Below, piece after piece: positions 20,866 through 28,735 of a stretch of 31,952 nucleotides of DNA. A program made the translations under genes and the position numbers. Origin of the DNA: Bacillota bacterium (GTDB lineage Bacteria; Bacillota; JAAYKD01). The notes under the pieces were generated by a model. It was given only the letters and a program-made list of their open reading frames with translations. It was not told where the DNA came from and did no database searches. The stretch covers positions 1-31,952 of the forward strand of contig CAXXTX010000003.1 in NCBI GenBank assembly GCA_963666425.2. The letters run 5' to 3'. The first letter of the stretch is position 1, and the number at the start of each line of letters is the position of its first letter.

Positions 20866-22038
20866 TTATTGCACCTCCTCTAGTGGCACTCGGATTTCAC
20901 CGGACATGAGTTTTGGGAGCAGGGTGTCACGGAGAATCTCAAGAGTTTTGGATTCATTAATGTTAGTAAAAATCATATTATAAATTGTCCTTAACGTTTC
21001 ATTGCATTCACGTAAGATAGGATCCGGAGGAATAATCACATGCAATGCGTATACTGTATTTCTATTTAAACCAGGGACCGCGCTATCTTCGTTATACTGT
21101 TCTAATTTTAACCCTTTTAATAGTTGGTACATCAGCAAAAGTGGGAACTTACAATCTTTTTGAGAAGAATAATAAGCTGTATCGATACAATATGAAGGTT
21201 CCATTGAAAAAAATACGGTTCCTATAGATCCTTTCCTTCCAAGAATAATAGAAGGCTCATTTAATAAGGCTTCATTATGAAAACCAGTGATCCCAGCTGA
21301 GCTGTAAACCTTAACCTTTCCATCAACTCGTTTATTTGCGGGTAGACCCTTACCATAATTTAGTTTTATGATCTCTCCCAACGTACCAATTCTCCATCCC
21401 TGAGGAATCCTACCCAACTCGCTGTCTTCAAACTCACCATCCTGGAACGGTTCAAAATCCACAAACCAGTTTTTAAAGATTGCTTGTGCCATTTCCTCAA
21501 GGTTTTCGTTCATGCGGTTATTGAGTTTGATTTTGTCATCTATACAGGAAAGAATGGCTGCAATGGCCTTTTGTTCATGAATTGGTGGTAAAAGCACTTC
21601 TAGATCTTCTAATTCATCTTGTTGCACCCTTTGTCTGCCAGATGATCCAACCATTGACTTTATTGCAACCTCTCGAAACTTCTGGCTTATTGCTAAATAA
21701 TAAATAAAGTCTTTATTCGTGACTCCCTTTTTTTCTCTCAATACAATATATTCGGTAGAGCCAAAACCCGTCTCATTCTCGTCAAAAATCGTAACTTGTG
21801 CTGTTTTGCCATTCTCCAAACAAGGTGTAATACGAGCTACGATTGTATCTCCATTTTTAAATTTTGATCCTCCGTTGAATTCAGCAACTTCATAACTATC
21901 TATATACTTAATAAATGGTTTTAATTTCTCCATTGCTACTTTTTTCGCCAATTGATTTTTAGCAATACTTTCGCGAGGATTAAATATAATAGCGTCGCCA
22001 AGCTTTACTATTTTCCATTCTTTAAAAATCATACCCAA
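20866..22038 (-). CDS. hsdS: Type I R-M specificity subunit (two TRDs)
   Basis: WKIVKLGD, LPPIHEQKAIAAILSCIDDKI, LGRIPQGWRIGTLGE and LRDTLLPKLMSGEIRV. Confidence 0.93.
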   Translation of the reverse strand: MGMIFKEWKIVKLGDAIIFNPRESIAKNQLAKKVAMEKLKPFIKYIDSYEVAEFNGGSKFKNGDTIVARITPCLENGKTAQVTIFDENETGFGSTEYIVLREKKGVTNKDFIYYLAISQKFREVAIKSMVGSSGRQRVQQDELEDLEVLLPPIHEQKAIAAILSCIDDKIKLNNRMNENLEEMAQAIFKNWFVDFEPFQDGEFEDSELGRIPQGWRIGTLGEIIKLNYGKGLPANKRVDGKVKVYSSAGITGFHNEALLNEPSIILGRKGSIGTVFFSMEPSYCIDTAYYSSQKDCKFPLLLMYQLLKGLKLEQYNEDSAVPGLNRNTVYALHVIIPPDPILRECNETLRTIYNMIFTNINESKTLEILRDTLLPKLMSGEIRVPLEEVQ

Positions 22039-23503
22039 TCGCCCCCAGTCTCTTTTTTAACTCATCCTCAAGAGCATGGGATTTCACAAACATCTCCGCA
22101 AGTTCTGCGGTAAGTCTTATCATTTTTTCATCAAAAGGTTCCCCGTCATCTACCACTTCTTCTAATCCAACATATCTGCCCGGCGTTAAGATATACTCAT
22201 GCGCTCTTACTTCTTCCAAATCAACAGATTTACAGAATCCCTGAATATCCTGATATTCCTTTTTCCCGTCACGCCAATTATGGTAGGTATCAAATATCTG
22301 TTTAATTTCATCATCGGTCATTTCTCTGTGTTTGCGGGTTTCCATATATCCCATCTTGCGAGCATCGATGAAAAGAATTTTATCTTTCCTGTTTTCTTTC
22401 TTCTTGGAAATAAACCAGAGGCAAACCGGTATGGTAACATTGTAGAACAAATTTGGCGGCATCGTAATAATGCAGTCGACAAGCCCTGCTTCGATGATGT
22501 TCTTTCTGATCTCCGCTTCCGCTTTGGTGGAAGTACTCATTGATCCATTCGCCATAACAAACCCGGCAATTCCAGAGGGAGATAACTTACTGATCATATG
22601 TTCTATCCAGGCATAATTCGCGTTATTCGCCGGCGGTATGCCATACTTCCATCTTGCGTCTTCCTGAATTAAGGTATAATCACTCACATTGAATGGCGGA
22701 TTGGCCAGCACAAAGTCAGCCCGCAGATTTTTATGCAAATCGTTGCCAAAGGTGTCGGCGTCACGTTCACCTAAATTGCCGTCAATACCTCTGATTGCCA
22801 GGTTCATTTTGCATAGTCTCCAGGTAGTCGCTGTAAACTCCTGTCCAAAGATATGAATGTCGTCCTTCCGACCGCGGTGTTCTTCTACGAATCTCTGCGA
22901 CTGTACAAACATTCCGCCTGAACCGCAGCAGGGATCGTAGATTCTGCCCTTAAACGGTTCAATCATGCCCACCAGCAATTTAACAATTGTTGGCGGGGTA
23001 TAGAATTCACCTTCACTGGAACCAAACTTACCCAGGAAATATTCATATACCCGGCCAAGAATATCCTGCGCTTTCGATTCTTTGCTGCCTAAATTAAAGG
23101 AAAACAAGTCAATCAATTCACCGAGTTTGGTTTTATCGAGTTCTTGTCTAGCGTAGTTTTTCGGCAACACGCCTTTCAGATTGCTATTTTCTTTCTCGAT
23201 AGCAATCATTGCATCATCGATAATTTGACCAATCGTACTCTGCTTAGCATTTTTCTTTATAGAGTCCCACCTTGCGGTTGGCGGTACGAAGAAAACATTG
23301 TCTTCTAAATATGCATCTCTGTCTTCTTCAAAACTTTCCCCATCAGCAACCAATTCATTATATTTTTCTTCAAAACTGTCTGAAATGTATTTTAAAAATA
23401 TCAATCCCAGAATCACTGCCTTGTAATCAGATGCCTGAATATTCCCTCTCAGCTTATCCGCCATTTCCCATAATTTATCTTCAAATCCCAAGCTCACTGA
23501 CAT
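22022..23503 (-). CDS. hsdM: Type I R-M m6A methyltransferase subunit
   Basis: LWEMADKLRG, GEFYTP, YDPCCGSGGM (motif I) and ANPPFN (motif IV). Confidence 0.95.
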   Translation of the reverse strand: MSVSLGFEDKLWEMADKLRGNIQASDYKAVILGLIFLKYISDSFEEKYNELVADGESFEEDRDAYLEDNVFFVPPTARWDSIKKNAKQSTIGQIIDDAMIAIEKENSNLKGVLPKNYARQELDKTKLGELIDLFSFNLGSKESKAQDILGRVYEYFLGKFGSSEGEFYTPPTIVKLLVGMIEPFKGRIYDPCCGSGGMFVQSQRFVEEHRGRKDDIHIFGQEFTATTWRLCKMNLAIRGIDGNLGERDADTFGNDLHKNLRADFVLANPPFNVSDYTLIQEDARWKYGIPPANNANYAWIEHMISKLSPSGIAGFVMANGSMSTSTKAEAEIRKNIIEAGLVDCIITMPPNLFYNVTIPVCLWFISKKKENRKDKILFIDARKMGYMETRKHREMTDDEIKQIFDTYHNWRDGKKEYQDIQGFCKSVDLEEVRAHEYILTPGRYVGLEEVVDDGEPFDEKMIRLTAELAEMFVKSHALEDELKKRLGAIGYDF

Positions 23504-23515
23504 ATTTTGTTCCTC

Positions 23516-25099
23516 CTATATGAATTCATTGTAAATTTTCCCTTTGATGTCTGACCATATTGTCTCGGCTTTATGAATGGTTTCTTTATAGATTTTGAAT
23601 TCCTCATGATACTGCCGTATCAAATCAAGCTGCTGTTCCATTGGGAGCAAAGGAATTTCCATTTCCATCATATCAGCATGGTTGATATTCATGATTGTAG
23701 TACCGCGCTGAAAACTTTTAATCATAGCTAAACCAACCGGACTTTCTAGAAAGATCTTAATAAACTCGCCTCTGACTTTCTCTTTTGGTCTGATTACAAT
23801 GAAATTCGCTGAAGCAATGATCAACTTCTCTTGAGCTTCAAAAACTGCTGCCTTGATTGCAGTCCCTCGCGATGACAAAACAACATCTCCGGTAACCAAC
23901 TCATAGCGTTTTACTTTACGCTCTTCTTCATTAATCGTATCCATGTCTTGATAAGAAATTTCTCCATTTTCGATGTTAGAAATGTTAAGCACCGCGATAT
24001 TCCCCAATGTGGTGTCGTTCTTCAGTATCGATTTACCTCTAAAGACTTCCGCTACTTCTTTTAACTTCACTTTTTGCAGTTCTGATTTCTTAAACATATG
24101 AATGTATTCATTGTCTTCTGCCAGAAGCAATTCAATCCGCCAATCCTCATGAGATAAAAAATATTTTGTTAAGATAGACTTCTTATCTTTTGTTTCAATG
24201 TCAGTCTTTACGAGTTCAAAGCTACCAATTTCTATTTTTGGCTTGCGCTCTGTGGAGATAGAAACCAAATATGTTTTTATTGCGGTCGCCGGTCGGAAAG
24301 TCCCTTCCGGTAAGATGAAGATATTCTCTACGTTAAAATGTTCAGTAATATACGAGCGTAATTTCTCGTATCCAAACCCAGCGAAAGTCAACTTTGCCGG
24401 TACAATAATATCCAGAGTTGCTTTTGAATTTAGATGATGCAGCAGATTTTCTAAGGCGATACCATCGCTGTCATTGGTTAAAAATTCTCTGCTCAGCTCT
24501 TCAGGCTTATTTCCAAAACCCGGCAGTGCAAAAATATAGTCAAAACTCTGCTCTTTCAAGCACTCTGTATAGATGGATTCAAATTGAATCCAAATGTTTT
24601 CATTTTCACCAAATTCCATCTGCAGAAGCAGATACATTGGTTTATATTGTGTTGTTAATGTGATTTCTGTTTCTGGCAAGAGATCAATCATTTCTCTGAG
24701 ACCTGTCAAATGTTTCTCAGCTTCCGTGATCAGAATACTCCGCGGTTGGAGCTTCTTAATTCTTTTACTGATGTATCGGCTCAAATAGACAGGTGAAATA
24801 ACAATACCCATTCGATCATTCTTATATATTTCCAAAGTGAAATCTATGAGATCAATATCTTTTAATGCCTCATAGATACTGATAAAATCCGCTCTGTCCG
24901 CAGGAAAGAAACCCAATTCATCTTCTGTGGTTCGCTTCATGAATTGAAAAAACCTTTCTTGATCTGACAGGATTTCGGTATTTCCTTTTATTTTATTTAA
25001 CGTCATCTTAACGCGCAACATTTCCCTAAGCAACTGCTCTCTGGATGTAATCTGCCTTTGATACAAAACGTTCAATGCCAATTCGATATTTGTATTCAC
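23516..25099 (-). CDS. Degenerate N6-methyltransferase-fold protein fused to a single HsdS-like TRD
   Basis: FDYIFALPGFG where NPPF is expected, IFILPEGTFRPATAIKTYL; C-terminal VKLKEVAEVFRG..GDVVLSSRGT..IPLLPMEQQ is HsdS-like. GTG start with a GAGGAGG RBS. Confidence 0.75.
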   Translation of the reverse strand: MNTNIELALNVLYQRQITSREQLLREMLRVKMTLNKIKGNTEILSDQERFFQFMKRTTEDELGFFPADRADFISIYEALKDIDLIDFTLEIYKNDRMGIVISPVYLSRYISKRIKKLQPRSILITEAEKHLTGLREMIDLLPETEITLTTQYKPMYLLLQMEFGENENIWIQFESIYTECLKEQSFDYIFALPGFGNKPEELSREFLTNDSDGIALENLLHHLNSKATLDIIVPAKLTFAGFGYEKLRSYITEHFNVENIFILPEGTFRPATAIKTYLVSISTERKPKIEIGSFELVKTDIETKDKKSILTKYFLSHEDWRIELLLAEDNEYIHMFKKSELQKVKLKEVAEVFRGKSILKNDTTLGNIAVLNISNIENGEISYQDMDTINEEERKVKRYELVTGDVVLSSRGTAIKAAVFEAQEKLIIASANFIVIRPKEKVRGEFIKIFLESPVGLAMIKSFQRGTTIMNINHADMMEMEIPLLPMEQQLDLIRQYHEEFKIYKETIHKAETIWSDIKGKIYNEFI

Positions 25100-25134
25100 A
25101 CTAGCCCTCCTCTCTTTACCATTTCATCACCGCC

Positions 25135-25176
25135 ATTATACTGATAATTATTTAGTATGTCAATACTAAATAATTA
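25135..25176 (-). promoter_or_regulatory. Consensus sigmaA promoter of the R-M operon with a palindrome over the -35 box
   Basis: TTGACA (25163-25158), 17 bp spacer, TATAAT (25140-25135). Perfect 14-bp arms TAATTATTTAGTAT-GTCA-ATACTAAATAATTA at 25145-25176. Confidence 0.85.
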
Positions 25177-25189
25177 ATTTTTAAAAAAT

Positions 25190-25236
25190 AAAGGTCCTTG
25201 GAAATGGCTTATGACAAGCTATTTCCAAGGACCTTT
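25190..25236 (-). terminator. Rho-independent terminator after the amidohydrolase gene
   Basis: 21-bp arms AAAGGTCCTTGGAAATGGCTT / AAGCTATTTCCAAGGACCTTT (1 mismatch), followed by a T-rich tract on the minus strand. Confidence 0.75.
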
Positions 25237-25327
25237 CACTACATTGTCTCTGCGGCTGCTACATCTATCTTTTATTTACTTGCTTCGCAATCCGCTATTT
25301 TTTTTAGGTCTTCTGATTAACCAAAAA

Positions 25328-26965
25328 CTATTCCTTGATCATCTCGGGTCCATCATACCACGCCGGTGTCTGGTAATGTTTCGCCATTTGACGGCGATAC
25401 TTAGACATTTGTTCACTCAAGAATCCTACGGGCGGCGCAACTTCTTTGCCTTCAGCAACAAAGAATTTTCCGTTTTTGGGATCATATTCGTATTTTCCTG
25501 CTTTCCCAAATAGATAGGGCAGGTAAGATTCAAATTGGGCTTTTCCGTTCTCATCCAAGATTAAAGCCTTACCATCATTCTTGTAGTTATAGAAATGCTC
25601 TTCCTGCATCTTTTTGAAATCTTTTTTGATCTCAGCTACTTTATCAGGATTGGTCAAGAGTTCAATGGCACTGATCGCCATGACTTGGGCTCCCGCAATC
25701 ACACCTTTATGAGCAACCGTGGAACCGGTTACTGCAGTTGTCGTCCAGTGATGGCCAATGGCTCCCGGGGCAGAAGTTGGGAAACGCAGAGATGTCAAAG
25801 GCACAACTAAAGAAACTTCACCAATGTCGGAAGAGCCACCGCCCACAAATACCGCGGCTTCTCCTTTGGGTTTATCCTCAATTGCCGAATCGTCGGGCAG
25901 GCCTTTTTCTTCTGCGCCTACACCTTTTTGTAATTCTTTGATGAATACTTGCTCTTGCTCAGTCCAGGCAGGCATTCCCACTCTTTTAATATTTTCCTGA
26001 ACCATATTGGCTAAAGTTTCGTTTCTATAGCATTGATGGATTGCAGTATAGGGGGTAATTTCCATTTGAGTATCTGTGGCAAGAGCGGCCGCTTTTGCAC
26101 AGTTTAGCACTCTTTCGAAATCGGATTTAATGAGTTTATCGGAATTTCTTACATAATACCAGGTGGTTGATCTATCCGGAACGACGTTCGGGCCTTCTCC
26201 GCCTTCGGTCATGACATAATGCAATCTGGAGGTGTAGTGTAAATGTTCACGCAGGTATTCGGTGCTGATGTTCATGATTTGAGCTGCGTCTAGGGCAGAT
26301 CTTCCAACCCAAGGGGCTCCGGCAGAGTGGGCTGTTTTTCCGCGGAAGGTAACGGAGAAGGACCAATTGGTATTGCTGCCTACTCCAAAAGAGGTGCCAA
26401 AGCCATCTCCACCATGGTTATCGATAACAACATCAACATCATCAAATAATCCGGCATAAACCATGAAAGGACGGCTGATGACTGTTTCTTCAGCGGGGCT
26501 GCCAAACATTTTAATCGTTCCTGTAAATCCGCCGGCTTCCATTGCTTTCTTAACTGCCACCACCGTACCGGCAGCCGCAGTACCCATTGTGTTGTGGGTA
26601 CAACCATGGCCCGGCGCTATGGCACCTTTTATTTCCGTCATGGGTGCGTGCGCAGGGTTTCCTGCCTCTTGAGACAGCATTGGCAGTGCATCCAACTCAC
26701 CCAGTATGCCAATTGTTGGCCCAGGACCATTAGAAAAAGAAGCAAGGAAGGCTGTTGGCATTCCGGCGATTCCTTTTTCAACTTTGAATCCTTCTTTTTC
26801 CAGATAATTTACGAGTAGGTTTGCGGTATTAAATTCCTCTAATCCTAGTTCCGCATAAGACCAAATTGCATCATTGATTTCTGCTAATTTTTTCTTGGTC
26901 TCACTGCTCTTTAAAAAATCCACAGCAATTTGTTGGTTTTTGTTAAATACGTCTTTATTGGACAT
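25328..26965 (-). CDS. M20-family amidohydrolase (AbgB-like)
   Basis: AELGLEEF, GILGELDALP, GHGCTHN, GSPAEE, GKTAHSAGAPWVGRSALDA and GSSDIGEVS. Confidence 0.88.
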   Translation of the reverse strand: MSNKDVFNKNQQIAVDFLKSSETKKKLAEINDAIWSYAELGLEEFNTANLLVNYLEKEGFKVEKGIAGMPTAFLASFSNGPGPTIGILGELDALPMLSQEAGNPAHAPMTEIKGAIAPGHGCTHNTMGTAAAGTVVAVKKAMEAGGFTGTIKMFGSPAEETVISRPFMVYAGLFDDVDVVIDNHGGDGFGTSFGVGSNTNWSFSVTFRGKTAHSAGAPWVGRSALDAAQIMNISTEYLREHLHYTSRLHYVMTEGGEGPNVVPDRSTTWYYVRNSDKLIKSDFERVLNCAKAAALATDTQMEITPYTAIHQCYRNETLANMVQENIKRVGMPAWTEQEQVFIKELQKGVGAEEKGLPDDSAIEDKPKGEAAVFVGGGSSDIGEVSLVVPLTSLRFPTSAPGAIGHHWTTTAVTGSTVAHKGVIAGAQVMAISAIELLTNPDKVAEIKKDFKKMQEEHFYNYKNDGKALILDENGKAQFESYLPYLFGKAGKYEYDPKNGKFFVAEGKEVAPPVGFLSEQMSKYRRQMAKHYQTPAWYDGPEMIKE

Positions 26966-27303
26966 TTTGCTCCCCCTTTGTTTTTGTGCTTATCAATACC
27001 GATATACCGCTGCTCAATTTCACCTCCATTACTAATCTGTAGTACAAGAAGATTCCATTAGAACACTACTGAACAGGTTACGATCTTACCAGTATCGAAA
27101 TATTGCTTTGTTCTTGTTCTTGCTAAAGACTGCAAATTCCTTTTTTTATGTTATCTACCATCGACATTAATTTTACAGGACTCCACATATATCGTCATGG
27201 GGAACATACCCACAGTCTGGCCGATGACCATTTAACCTGGCTCACGCAGAGGCTCATCGTCGCGTGCTTTTGTACTCTGGCTGCAGCTGATAGAGATCAG
27301 AGG

Positions 27304-27347
27304 TTGACTAAAAAAGCTTCTAATCTCTTAGAAGCTTTTTTAGTCAA
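27304..27347. repeat. Perfect 20-bp inverted repeat present only in repeat copy A
   Basis: TTGACTAAAAAAGCTTCTAA-TCTC-TTAGAAGCTTTTTTAGTCAA; copy B has only TTGGCAAAAAAA at this point. Confidence 0.9.
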
Positions 27348-27481
27348 ATAAACGCCGAGCCTGACCGAAGACGCGCACGTTTAAATGCTCCTGATCACCT
27401 TGCTGAGACATATTTAGCCAAATTGCAGGTTTGATACTGAAGGTATTTTCGATTTTCGGCATAACCAGGCTACCGAAAATC

Positions 27482-27510
27482 TGTGCCAACACCCCCGTCC
27501 CCCTGGAACA
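27482..27510. repeat. Dispersed 29-bp site, copy 4 (identical to copy 1)
   Basis: TGTGCCAACACCCCCGTCCCCCTGGAACA, 3 bp from the inferred adenylyltransferase stop codon. Confidence 0.95.
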
Positions 27511-27513
27511 TTG

Positions 27514-28369
27514 CTAGACGATATTTATAGTATGATGAAAATACTCTTCCAAAAGCAAGCAGGCATAATCTTCAGACTCAGCTGGATAAACGTAACAGCA
27601 TATTTCTGCTGCATTGCGAGCAATTTTACCAAAAAGCATTGCCCGTGTTTATAAGTGCTGAAACAATATCTTCTTTTTCATAGTGAGCAAAACACGCCCC
27701 AAGCGCTTCAATAATCTCTTCTCCTGCCCATTTTTCAAGAAATCTGCCGTTGTGCCATACATCGCTTTGTTTAGAAGAAGTTTCGTATAGTTCGATGATT
27801 TTCAGAAGATAGTTCTTTAAATATGAGTCAATACACATTTTTGCTGCCCATAACTCCCCACGAAGTATTTTCTTCGATGACCATATGGTATGAAACCAGA
27901 AATCACCTACCATATTAATAAACTCGTTTTCGGTCATAACAGCATGAGGAACACATATCTCAACATTGTCATCAATGATTTCAGTAATACCTATATTGTC
28001 ATATAGCACGGAATATCCTCGGTTCATAACTTCGGAGGCAACTCCGTTTATTATTGCTGTTTCAAGCTGTTCGGGAGTAAATACAATTAGGTCAACATCA
28101 AGTGAACCGTCAAACAATATTCTTCGCTCCAACCCTCCACCGAGTGTTGGTTCGACAAACGATATTTTTATCTTTCCGAGTTTAGCAGACTGTTCGCCAA
28201 AAAGCCATTCATCTGGTTTTTTACACGCAAGTATCAAATCCAAATCGGAATACTCATCTGCCTTGGAATAATTTCTGACAGACGAACCAATAGCAATTAC
28301 TGCACAAACGTTGTCATCGCTTATGCAAATACTTAATAATCGTTTCTTTATCTCAAAATATCTATCCAT
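27514..28369 (-). CDS. Aminoglycoside 6-adenylyltransferase (AadE/AadK)-like nucleotidyltransferase, frameshift near 27640
   Basis: IGSSVR..ADEYSDLDL NTase motif, DVDLIV, KKILRGELW and WHNGRFLEKWA; the tail LFGKIAR..YPAESEDY..NIV* continues in another frame to 27514. Confidence 0.8.
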
Positions 28370-28419
28370 CTGTTACCGCGCCCTTATTATCTATTTTACG
28401 AATGCCAATTATCGCTGCA

Positions 28420-28734
28420 CCCTTGACATCAATACGGCTTACTCCACATGTGTCGTCATGGGAACATACCCACTGCCTGGCCGGTGACCACTTTAACCTG
28501 GCTCATGCAGAAGGCAACGTCGCACACTTTCATGCTCTGGCTGCAGCTGATATAGATCAGAGGTTGGCAAAAAAACGCCGAGCCTGATCGAAGACGCGCA
28601 CGTTTAAATGTTCCTAATCTTCTTGCTGAGACATATTTAGCCAAATTATAGGTTTGATACTGACGGTGTTTTCGATTTTCAGCATAACGAAGCTACCGAA
28701 ACTCTGTGCCAACACCCCCGTCCCCTTGGAACAT
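28420..28734. repeat. ~315-bp direct repeat, copy B (rlmD 3' relic + spacer + 29-bp site)
   Basis: Minus strand LIYISCSQSMK..VKVVTGQAVGMFP/MTTHVE*AVLMSRVQR* (28560-28409) matches the RlmD C-terminus. Confidence 0.92.
28705..28733. repeat. Dispersed 29-bp site, copy 5
   Basis: TGTGCCAACACCCCCGTCCCCTTGGAACA, 2 bp from the GGDEF gene stop codon. Confidence 0.95.
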
Positions 28735-28735
28735 A

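Larger units (their letters stand above)
27158..27511. repeat. ~330-bp direct repeat, copy A (rlmD 3' relic + spacer + 29-bp site)
   Basis: Aligns along its length with 28420-28734. 27181-27300 on the minus strand reads in frame LISISCSQSTKARDDEPLREPG*MVIGQTVGMFPMTIYVE. Confidence 0.92.

Noticed and set aside
20866-25099. Phase-variable hsdS shufflon
   Set aside because: No inverted hsdS copies, recombinase gene or shared inverted repeats were seen.
28456-28644. 62-aa ORF as a real small protein
   Set aside because: It is largely the rlmD relic, and the equivalent frame in repeat copy A has an early stop.
1136-28733. 29-bp repeats as a CRISPR array
   Set aside because: The repeat length fits, but copies are 1-19 kb apart with whole genes between them, and no cas genes are present.
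1136-28733. 29-bp repeats as classical integron attC or Xer dif/pdif sites
   Set aside because: No RYYYAAC/GTTRRRY ends or long attC hairpin, no resemblance to XerC/D arms, and no intI in the window.
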